Assembly (NCBI GenBank): GCA_947594845.1
Contig: CANQEI010000004.1
Coordinates: forward strand, 29,890 to 93,889
Length of the DNA: 64,000 bases
DNA from: an uncultured Clostridia bacterium
Lineage (GTDB): Bacteria; Bacillota; Clostridia; TANB77; CAG-508
Reading direction: 5' to 3'
This document shows, in pieces, positions 30,801 through 38,216 of the stretch (position 1 is the stretch's first letter; each line of letters opens with the position of its first letter). The translations under genes and the position numbers were made by a program. The notes beneath the pieces are model-generated. The model saw only the letters and a program-made list of their open reading frames with translations, was not told the origin of the DNA and did no database searches.

Positions 30801-33800
30801 CTGATAATTTTCAATTAGGGAGAAAAAAAGAATTTGTAAATAGGACTTCATCAACTAATATTGGGTTAGAAATATTATCAATAATTTCCGCATATGATTT
30901 AAAATTTATTAGCTTAGAAGAATGCATAAGTTCACTAAATAAAGTAATAAATACAATACAGAAATTAGAAAAATGGAATGGACACTTATACAATTGGTAT
31001 AACATAAAGACACTAAAACCATTGACTCCTAAGTATATATCAACAGTAGACAGCGGAAATTTTATTGGATATTTGTATTGCCTAAAAAATTTTTTAATAA
31101 GTAAAAATCAACCAGAAAAAATGATAGAAACAGTTAGCAAGATAATTGACGATACTGATTTTAAATTATTGTATAGTAACAAAAATAGATTATTTTCCAT
31201 AGGTTTTGATGTTGAAAATAACAAATTAACAGATTCTTATTATGATTTTTTAGCTTCAGAAGCAAGGCAAACGAGTTTTATTGCAATAGCCAAAAAAGAT
31301 ATAAAATATAAACATTGGACAAATTTAAGTAGAACATTAACATCTTCAAATGGATATAAAGGACTTATTTCTTGGTCTGGAACAGCATTTGAATACTTAA
31401 TGCCAAATTTAATAATGAAAGTTCCAGAAGGAAGTTTAATAGATGAATCTTGCAAATTTGCTAAAATCAGCCAATTAGAATATGCTAAAAATAATTCAAT
31501 ACCATGGGGAATTTCAGAATCAGCATATTCACTAAAAGATTTACAAAGTAATTATCAATATAAAGCATTTGGAATACCTGAACTAGGTTTAAAAAGAGGA
31601 CTAGAAGAAGAATTTGTAGTATCTCCATATAGTACTTTTTTATTTTTAGAATATGCTTTAGAAGAGGGAATAAAGAACTTAAAACAATTAGAAAAATTGG
31701 GTGCAAGAGGAAAATATGGATTTTATGATTCAATAGATTTTACCAAAGAAAGAATAAGAGAAAATAAAAAATATGAACTTGTAAAAACTTATATGGCACA
31801 CCATCAAGGATTAATATTGAACTCAATAAATAATATTATAAATAATAATATTTTATCAACAAGATTTAGCAATAATCCAGAAATTAAGTCAATAGAAATA
31901 TTATTAAATGAAAGAATGCCAGAATCAGTTATATTATCAAAAGAAAATTCTAACAAAGTAATAAAAGGAAAATATGTAAATAAATATGAAGATAAAGAAA
32001 TTGCTTACAAAAATGAAAATATATATAGAAGAGTAAATGCAATTTCTAATAATGATTACACATGCGTAATTGATACATCAGGAAAAGGATATAGTAAATA
32101 TCAGAATATTCAAATAAATAGATACAGAAATAGAAATAAAGAAAAAGAAGGAATTGCATTTTTTATTAAAAATCAGAGAAATAAAAAAGTATGGAGTACA
32201 TTTAAAAGCGACGAAATAAAGTTTACACAATATAAAGAAGAATTTACAAAAAGAGAAGATAATATAGAAACAAAAATGAAATTTTTTCTATCACCAGATG
32301 AACCTGGAGAAATTAGAAGTCTAAAATTAAAAAATCATGGAGTTTTGAAAGAAGAATTAGAAATATATAGTTATATAGAACCAATTTTATCAGAAAATAA
32401 AGATGATATAGCACATCCAATTTATAATAACATGTTCTTAAAATTAGAATATATAAAAGGAATAATAGTTATATCAAGGAAAATAAAAGAAAGAACAATT
32501 TATTTAGGAGTAAAATTACTAACTCCAAATGATGAAGAAACAGAAATAGAATTAGATAAAGAAAAATTTTGGGGAAGAAATTCAGAGTATCCTAAAAGTA
32601 TAATAGAAACAGATAATTTTACAAACGAATTAATAGAAACAGTAGAACCAATAGTTGCAATAAAAACAAAAATAGAAATAAGTCCGAAAGAAGAAAAAGA
32701 AATTGATTTATTATTATATATTTCAGAAAATAAAGAAGACCTAATAAATAAGATTGAAAGTATGAACATTGAAAATGTTAATAAAGATTTAGAATTAGCA
32801 AAAGCAAAAAGCGAAGAAGAAATAAAATTCTTAGAGATTAATGGAAATAAAATTGAAAACAATCATAAAATATTAGGACATTGCATAGAAAAAGACTTAC
32901 CTAAAACAATTGATATAGATTATAAAATAGAAAACGTTTGGAAATTTGGAATATCCGGAGATAATCCGATTATATTGGCTAAAATAAAAAATATAGAAGA
33001 AGCACATTTAGTCGAAGAACTTCTAGAGACTATTGAATTTTTTAATGTAAAAAACATAAGGATAGATCTATGTATATTAAATAATGAAAAAATAAGTTAT
33101 GAAACATTTGTAAAAGATGAAATAAACGAAATTATAAAAAATCATAGATTAGAATATCTAAGGAATAACCAAATTTTTGTATTTAACAAAAATGAATTAA
33201 CTGAACAAGATATACAAATAATACAAAGTATTTCATGTATGTGCTTTGATGGAGAAATCGGAGGAGTAAAAAACAATTTAGATGAAATTGAAAACATAGA
33301 AATAATCAGTGCAACACAAGAATACGAAAAAAGTAGTAAGAATGAAGAAGTAGAAAAAAGTAATCTAATATATGATAACTCGTTTGGAGGATTTTTAAAT
33401 GATGAATATGTAATAAATGTAAATAATGAAAATGTACCTCCACGAGTATGGAGCAACATTATTGCAAATAAAAAAATAGGAACAGTAATTACAGAAAACT
33501 TAGGAGGATACACTTGGATAAATAATTGTAGATTAAATAGAATTACAACTTGGGAGAACGATAGTATCAGAGATTTTTCAACAGAAACATTTTATATAAA
33601 AGATATAGATGAAAAACAATATTGGACATTAGGGTCAGAACCAAAATATAATTCATATCAAGTAAAATATGGACAAGGTTATGCAAAATTTATTCAAATC
33701 AATAACAATCTTGTTCAAGAAAATACAATATTTATACCAATTAATGGAGAAAGTAAAATAAATCATATTAGCATAAAAAATAAACTACCAAGTAAGAGAA

Positions 33801-35680
33801 AAATCACTATTTATTATGCTCTTGATTTAACAATGGGAGAAACAAAAGAAAAAAACTTAGGAAAAATTAGAGCAATAAAAGATAAAAACAATATTATAAT
33901 AGATAATGTGTGTAAAAGTGAATTTGATGATAAGATAAAAATAACATCTGATTTTAAAATAAATTCATATACTAACAGCAAATATGAATTCTTTAATAAA
34001 GACATGGAAGCTATTGGAATAAATAAAAAAATATTAAAATGTTTCGGAAATATTTCACAAGGAAATGAGATAGTTATAGAAATACCAATTGAACTTGAAG
34101 AATATGAAAAAAAGCTAGTAAATATAATTATAGGAAACGATGCCGAAAAATATTTAAACAATAATGATGTAGAAAATGAATTTGAAAATGTAGAAAAATA
34201 TTGGCGTGAAAAAACTGGAATTGTAAAAATAAAAACACCATCAGAAAAGATAAATTTATATATGAACAAATGGCTTGTATACCAAACCATTACAAGTAGA
34301 TTAAATGCCAAAACTGGGTTTTATCAATCTGGAGGTGCAACCGGATTCAGAGACCAATTACAAGATTCTATAGGAATGAAGTGGATTGATGAAGAAATTT
34401 TGAAACAGCAAATAATAGAAGCTGCTAAACACCAATTTATCGAAGGAGATGTAATGCATTGGTGGCACACAAAAAACAAATCAGGAATTAGAACAAACAT
34501 ATCAGATGATTTATTGTGGCTACCATATAGCGTATTAGAATATTTAAAATTTACAGAAGATGCGAGTATATTAGATGAAAAAATTGAATATGCAAAAGGA
34601 ATTGAACTAGAAGGAGAAAAGGAAAAATATGATAAATTTGAATATACAAAAGAAAAGGAAAGTCTATATCAACATTGTATGAGAGCAATTGAAAAATCTC
34701 TAAACTTCGGGAAAAATGGATTCCCTAAAATCGGAACTGGAGATTGGAATGATGGATTTAACAAGATTGGGCATAAAGGTCAAGGAGAAAGTGTATGGCT
34801 AGGTTTCTTTCTATATGATATATTAAGAAAATGGGAAAATGTCATAGAATATAAAAATGAGAGTAAAGAAAAATATAGTAATATAAGAAAAGAATTAAAA
34901 AAATCATTAAATGAAAATGGCTGGGATGGATTTTGGTTTAAAAGAGCAATAACAGATGACGGAGAAATTATCGGAAGTAGCAAAAGTAAAGAATGTAAAA
35001 TAGATAGTATTACACAGAGCTGGTCAGTAATTTCAGAAGCGGGAAATAATGATAAAAAGTATATAGCAATAGAATCTGCTAAAAAATACTTAATAGACGA
35101 AGAGAATAAAATAATAAAACTATTAACACCTCCATTTAATGGAGAAACTAATCCAGGATATATACAAGAATATCCTAATGGTGTAAGAGAAAATGGAGGG
35201 CAGTATACACATAGTGCAATATGGCTTATTATGGCTTTCGCAAAATTAGGTATGATAGATGAAGCAGTAAAGTATTTAGAAATGATTAATCCAATAACAC
35301 ATACAGAAACAAAAGAAGGAGTAATTAAATATAAAATAGAGCCATATGTAATTCCTGGAGATGTTTATAATAATAAATTTATGAATGGTAAAGGAGGATG
35401 GAGCTGGTATACTGGTTCTAGCAGCTGGTATTACAAAGTATGCTTAGAAGATATTTTAGGAATAAAGAGAGCAGGAAAAAAATTGTTTATTCCAAATAAA
35501 ATTCCAAATAATTGGGATAAATTTGAAATACAATACAGATATAAAAGTAATTTATATAATATAAAAGTAATGAAAGATAATACAGAGAAATCAATAAAAT
35601 ATAATGGTGAAAAAATAAATACAGAATACATTGAGTTAAAAGATGATAACAAAATTGAAAATATTGATATAAAATTGTAA
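27818..35680 (+). CDS. Cyclic beta-1,2-glucan synthase (Cgs/NdvB/ChvB) homologue, ~2620 aa: N-terminal domain, GT84 glycosyltransferase, TM helices, (alpha/alpha)6 cyclisation-type domain, C-terminal GH94 phosphorylase-type domain
   Basis: Family motifs, read in order. N-terminal domain: GEWLLDNFYIIEE. GT84: VVIPTVIDT, ITLDADTN (29635-29643), GIMQPRIG, LSHDLLEG (29966-29986), ENRWIRGDWQ (30074-30097). Cyclisation-type domain: RTSSTNIGLEILS, STVDSGNF, SWSGTAFEYLMP, PWGISESAY, YMAHHQGL. GH94: GFRDQLQDS, HWWH, GTGDWNDG (34733-34756), NGGQYTHSAIW, SWYTGSSSWYY. I place the start at ATG 27818 because the ATG at 27749 in the ORF track lies inside the upstream terminator T-run. Confidence 0.85.
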   Translation: MEKYKYLNIKGTNLEKEQLQKYLQQMAEEQIISKNSETLTYPIEKLKINYRNILKTYEILNEHLKLGIKIHSAGEWLLDNFYIIEESIKNIEKNINLKKYVKLPGLSNGKYKGFARIYVLASEIAAFSGDKIDEEKIIDALQSYQTRKILSMEEIWNIGLFIQIAIIQTIADISEKIYFSQIQKYKVENIFERLIEAKTNKEQRFRKKFKNNNSLKIKDINYSFIEYMLYKLRRIGKRGNQYIEILEKQVNKLGFKTDEIVKKEHLYVATLKIKIGSCITSIKDINRINFQKVFEKTNKTEELLNEDPCKVFKKMTEETKEVYREKIKEISNKLKISEIYITEEILKLSNRYKDEKNVKEKRKSHVGYYLIDDGKNELMEELTEKRIKKKHKLNPKTYINGIIFISLFIDLFFVWNLKMPALVSLITAILIYIPIYEIVIKIINYIMCKIIKPIKIPKIDYENGIDDENKTMVVIPTVIDTKEKIIKMFKKMEVYYLANQDKNLYFTLLGDCTSSEKEVEKIDQEIIECGKKEAEKLNSIYKTKNKFNFLYRRRKWNPNEEKFLGWERKRGLLIQFNELILEKNKSDFIANTLEDFDEKIKYIITLDADTNLIINSAQQLVGAMSHILNRPIEEEGVIKKGYGIMQPRIGITLEDSQKTIFTKIFTSNPGVDFYTNAISDLYQDCFGEGIFTGKGIYDLNVYQKILKNKLPENKILSHDLLEGNYLRCALVSDIVLLDSFPTKYLSYLERENRWIRGDWQISGWLERKINNEKNPINSLSKFKIFENLRRSVLPITQITLLIFSMLINNFFIAIVVLLSVFTGSILEIINKIIFRKSITEEKIYANKKFDKTISGIKECVLRNSLEFTFIPTTSLNSATAIIKTIYRLKKNKKLLEWKTSEEVEKKSIDSLEYYCKKMWINIIIGILMFGIINPFGMIIGTLWILGPYIAWNISRDIRKTKIINEKSKKYLIEIAKETWIYFSESFKSENNFLTPDNFQLGRKKEFVNRTSSTNIGLEILSIISAYDLKFISLEECISSLNKVINTIQKLEKWNGHLYNWYNIKTLKPLTPKYISTVDSGNFIGYLYCLKNFLISKNQPEKMIETVSKIIDDTDFKLLYSNKNRLFSIGFDVENNKLTDSYYDFLASEARQTSFIAIAKKDIKYKHWTNLSRTLTSSNGYKGLISWSGTAFEYLMPNLIMKVPEGSLIDESCKFAKISQLEYAKNNSIPWGISESAYSLKDLQSNYQYKAFGIPELGLKRGLEEEFVVSPYSTFLFLEYALEEGIKNLKQLEKLGARGKYGFYDSIDFTKERIRENKKYELVKTYMAHHQGLILNSINNIINNNILSTRFSNNPEIKSIEILLNERMPESVILSKENSNKVIKGKYVNKYEDKEIAYKNENIYRRVNAISNNDYTCVIDTSGKGYSKYQNIQINRYRNRNKEKEGIAFFIKNQRNKKVWSTFKSDEIKFTQYKEEFTKREDNIETKMKFFLSPDEPGEIRSLKLKNHGVLKEELEIYSYIEPILSENKDDIAHPIYNNMFLKLEYIKGIIVISRKIKERTIYLGVKLLTPNDEETEIELDKEKFWGRNSEYPKSIIETDNFTNELIETVEPIVAIKTKIEISPKEEKEIDLLLYISENKEDLINKIESMNIENVNKDLELAKAKSEEEIKFLEINGNKIENNHKILGHCIEKDLPKTIDIDYKIENVWKFGISGDNPIILAKIKNIEEAHLVEELLETIEFFNVKNIRIDLCILNNEKISYETFVKDEINEIIKNHRLEYLRNNQIFVFNKNELTEQDIQIIQSISCMCFDGEIGGVKNNLDEIENIEIISATQEYEKSSKNEEVEKSNLIYDNSFGGFLNDEYVINVNNENVPPRVWSNIIANKKIGTVITENLGGYTWINNCRLNRITTWENDSIRDFSTETFYIKDIDEKQYWTLGSEPKYNSYQVKYGQGYAKFIQINNNLVQENTIFIPINGESKINHISIKNKLPSKRKITIYYALDLTMGETKEKNLGKIRAIKDKNNIIIDNVCKSEFDDKIKITSDFKINSYTNSKYEFFNKDMEAIGINKKILKCFGNISQGNEIVIEIPIELEEYEKKLVNIIIGNDAEKYLNNNDVENEFENVEKYWREKTGIVKIKTPSEKINLYMNKWLVYQTITSRLNAKTGFYQSGGATGFRDQLQDSIGMKWIDEEILKQQIIEAAKHQFIEGDVMHWWHTKNKSGIRTNISDDLLWLPYSVLEYLKFTEDASILDEKIEYAKGIELEGEKEKYDKFEYTKEKESLYQHCMRAIEKSLNFGKNGFPKIGTGDWNDGFNKIGHKGQGESVWLGFFLYDILRKWENVIEYKNESKEKYSNIRKELKKSLNENGWDGFWFKRAITDDGEIIGSSKSKECKIDSITQSWSVISEAGNNDKKYIAIESAKKYLIDEENKIIKLLTPPFNGETNPGYIQEYPNGVRENGGQYTHSAIWLIMAFAKLGMIDEAVKYLEMINPITHTETKEGVIKYKIEPYVIPGDVYNNKFMNGKGGWSWYTGSSSWYYKVCLEDILGIKRAGKKLFIPNKIPNNWDKFEIQYRYKSNLYNIKVMKDNTEKSIKYNGEKINTEYIELKDDNKIENIDIKL

Positions 35681-35752
35681 AAAAAACTTGTAGAAAAATT
35701 TCCTTTATGATATATATTATGTTATAAATATGAGAAAGAAAGGGGTATCCTT

Positions 35753-36505
35753 GTGGAAGAAGTAGATATTGGAAGAGATTTTAATCGAAAAACTATATTA
35801 GTTGTTGATGATGAAGAAAGTATAGTTGATTTATTAGTATACCACCTACAAAAAGAAGGATATGACACATTACAAGCATACGATGGAGTAACAGCTGTAG
35901 AAATGGCATTAAAAGAAAAACCAGACTTAATATTATTAGATGTTATGCTTCCAAAAATGGACGGAATAAGTGTATGCAAAAGAATTAGATATTCGCTAAA
36001 TGTGCCAATATTAATGATATCTGCAAAAGATACAGAACTAGATAAGGTTGTAGGACTTGAAATGGGAGCAGACGATTATATAACAAAACCATTTCAACAC
36101 AGAGAAGTTATGGCAAGAATAAAAGCAAACTTAAGAAAAGCTGAATTAGTCGCACAAGCAGAATTAAAGAGCGAAAATTCAGAGAATGAAGGAAATATAA
36201 TAACTGTAGGAGATTTAACTCTTGATTTAAAAAAGGTTGAAGCTAGAGTTAAAGGAGAAATCGTAGACTTAACAATAAAAGAATTTGAAGTTTTAAAATA
36301 CTTGGCAACACAACCAGGAGAAGTTGTAACTAGAGAAACTCTTCTAAAAAAAGTTTGGGGATACGACGATTATGTTGGAGCTATTCGTACGGTAGATGTT
36401 ACAGTAAATAGAATAAGAGATAAAATAGAAAAAGATAAAGCAAATCCAAAAATATTAGTAACTAAAAGAGGCGTAGGCTATTATGTTATTGGAGATAAAC
36501 AATAA
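35753..36505 (+). CDS. OmpR/PhoB-family response regulator (WalR/PhoP-like)
   Basis: Receiver ILVVDDEESIVDLL...PDLILLDVMLPKMDG...ISAKD and winged helix LTIKEFEVLKYL...RTVDVTVNRIRDKIE...VTKRGVGY. GTG start follows AAAGGGG. No terminator separates it from the upstream giant gene. Confidence 0.92.
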   Translation: MEEVDIGRDFNRKTILVVDDEESIVDLLVYHLQKEGYDTLQAYDGVTAVEMALKEKPDLILLDVMLPKMDGISVCKRIRYSLNVPILMISAKDTELDKVVGLEMGADDYITKPFQHREVMARIKANLRKAELVAQAELKSENSENEGNIITVGDLTLDLKKVEARVKGEIVDLTIKEFEVLKYLATQPGEVVTRETLLKKVWGYDDYVGAIRTVDVTVNRIRDKIEKDKANPKILVTKRGVGYYVIGDKQ

Positions 36506-36511
36506 AAATAA

Positions 36512-36550
36512 AAAAAATGCATTGGGAGATTTCTTCTTAATGCATTTTTC
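36512..36550 (+). terminator. Terminator after the response regulator
   Basis: aatgcatt (36516-36523) / aatgcatt (36539-36546) stem with a 15-nt loop and a T-run. Confidence 0.55.
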
Positions 36551-36555
36551 GTTAT

Positions 36556-36600
36556 AAAAAGGGGAGGGGGACTCTAACAGGTTAGAGTCCCCCTATTTTT
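36556..36600. terminator. GC-rich bidirectional terminator at the 3' end of the inserted minus-strand gene
   Basis: 13-bp arms gggggactctaac (36566-36578) / gttagagtccccc (36581-36593). T-runs are present on both strands. Confidence 0.8.
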
Positions 36601-36614
36601 ATGAATGTTTCGCG

Positions 36615-37946
36615 CTAGTTAATCAAAGTTCCGTTAGAATCAAATGAGTACCACCGACCATCAATCAGCTTATTTCCAGTCACGTAACAGCCTGTTTCCG
36701 GATCAACATACTTCCAAAAATAGCCGCTTTTTATCCAGCCAGTCAACAGCCTGCCATCCTTTTGCAAGTAGTAGTAATTTTTACCATCGGCAGATTGAAT
36801 AGACGTATCTTTGGCGAGAACGCCATCAGAGTCGAAGTAATACCAACTTCCATCAATTCTCTGCCAACCAGTAAGCATCATACCGGAAGAATTCAAGTAA
36901 TATGTCTTGTTATTCCAGTCGAGCCAACCAGTAACTCTCCTACCATCCTCGCAAAGGAAGTACCAATTTGTGCCGTCCCAATGCCACGTATTTTTCAACA
37001 TAGCACCACTATTTTCGAAGAAATACCAGTAACCCTCTCGAGTAAGATACCAGCCGGTAATCATACTTCCGTCATCTCTGAACCCATAGGCCTTACCATC
37101 AATGACGTAAAATTTACCAGCTAAATAGGATCCTTGCCAATAGTAGTACCAATTTCCATCAATAAACTTCCAACCGTCGGTGGAATACTTATTAGATGGT
37201 GTTACGTTCGGCGTAGGTGTGCAACCCGAATTATAGAAATCCAACTCATCCCAGTAGTAGAATTCATCAGATTCGACATATTCGGAATCACGTAACACGC
37301 CAGAATACTTTGCCTTGGGAACTGCCTTGACTTTGAATGTTACATCTTCCCAATAGTAATCGGATGACAACAGCCAGGAAGAAAGATCATAGTAGTTGTC
37401 AGAGATGTTTTCAGCAATAACCTTTCCACTATTACCATTTTTGCAAAGCCTGATGGTATAGTTTACTTTATTGCTTACTTTAGACCATCTCGCCACACCA
37501 TTCTCTTCCCAGTAAAGATCCGATGGGGAATATGCATAGCCTCTGACTTGGTATAGAAGTGTAACTGAAATGCTACCGTCATCCAAATACTCAAAAGAGT
37601 CATATTCACCATTTGTGACAGTAAATGAACTCTTTTTTAGTGAGCTTTTGAAGAAGTAGCCCGACTTAGGAGAAATTGTCACAGTTACATAAACAAAATC
37701 TCCTGGCTCGCAGTAAGCCACATTTGATTCCCAGTATACGCCACCATAGGGGATGTAATACCCAGTTCCACTTACAGTAACTGCTGGATTGCCGGATGTC
37801 TGTCCCCAGTCGTTCTTTTCAATCCGAATGTTTACTTTCGAGATTGAACTGGCAGCATATGCCGTTGCCGATGTTGCGGTGGAAAAAAGCATGAACACCA
37901 TTACCACGCAACTTAAACCAATGAAAAACCGCTTTGTACCCTTCAT
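36615..37946 (-). CDS. Secreted protein with about nine C-terminal cell-wall/choline/glucan-binding repeats (CW_binding type) and an uncharacterised N-terminal half; foreign codon usage
   Basis: Signal peptide MKGTKRFFIGLSCVVMVFMLFSTATSATAYA. The C-terminal ~190 aa hold ~20-aa repeats of the form GW..(D)G.WYYF...G.M.TGW (e.g. TGWQRIDGSWYYFDSDGVLA, TGWLDWNNKTYYLNSSGMMLTGW). Codons CGG, CTG, GCC, ATC, TTC and TAC are frequent, whereas neighbouring genes end almost every codon in A/T. Confidence 0.85.
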   Translation of the reverse strand: MKGTKRFFIGLSCVVMVFMLFSTATSATAYAASSISKVNIRIEKNDWGQTSGNPAVTVSGTGYYIPYGGVYWESNVAYCEPGDFVYVTVTISPKSGYFFKSSLKKSSFTVTNGEYDSFEYLDDGSISVTLLYQVRGYAYSPSDLYWEENGVARWSKVSNKVNYTIRLCKNGNSGKVIAENISDNYYDLSSWLLSSDYYWEDVTFKVKAVPKAKYSGVLRDSEYVESDEFYYWDELDFYNSGCTPTPNVTPSNKYSTDGWKFIDGNWYYYWQGSYLAGKFYVIDGKAYGFRDDGSMITGWYLTREGYWYFFENSGAMLKNTWHWDGTNWYFLCEDGRRVTGWLDWNNKTYYLNSSGMMLTGWQRIDGSWYYFDSDGVLAKDTSIQSADGKNYYYLQKDGRLLTGWIKSGYFWKYVDPETGCYVTGNKLIDGRWYSFDSNGTLIN

Positions 37947-38013
37947 AACTCTACTCCCCTTTCATTTTTATTTGGCGAAACCGCCATCATAGAAGTTATT
38001 GGGTTACATAATA

Positions 38014-38042
38014 ATTCTATCACAAGAGGAATATAAAGTCAA
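38014..38042 (-). promoter_or_regulatory. Sigma-A promoter of the inserted repeat-protein gene
   Basis: On the minus strand: TTGACT (38042-38037), 17-nt spacer, TGaTAGAAT (-10 hexamer 38019-38014). A ~70-nt UTR follows with SD GAAAGGGGAG. Confidence 0.6.
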
Positions 38043-38160
38043 TTTGATGATTCACTAAAATCATATATTGTCAAGCATAAAAATAGAAGTAATACTTTTT
38101 TAATTATTCTAAAAAGAAAATGTTACCTTATTACATATGCATTACAACTCTAATAAATAC

Positions 38161-38188
38161 TTGAATATTACACAAATAATGATATAAT
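38161..38188 (+). promoter_or_regulatory. Separate promoter for the histidine kinase
   Basis: TTGAAT (38161-38166), 16-nt spacer, TGaTATAAT (38183-38188), 28 nt before the ATG at 38217. Confidence 0.55.
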
Positions 38189-38216
38189 AAGGGAAACGCT
38201 TGCGTAGGAGAAAAAG

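Noticed and set aside
36762-37992. Plus-strand ORFs 36762-37124 and 37789-37992
   Set aside because: They are antisense to the repeat-protein gene and have no start context.
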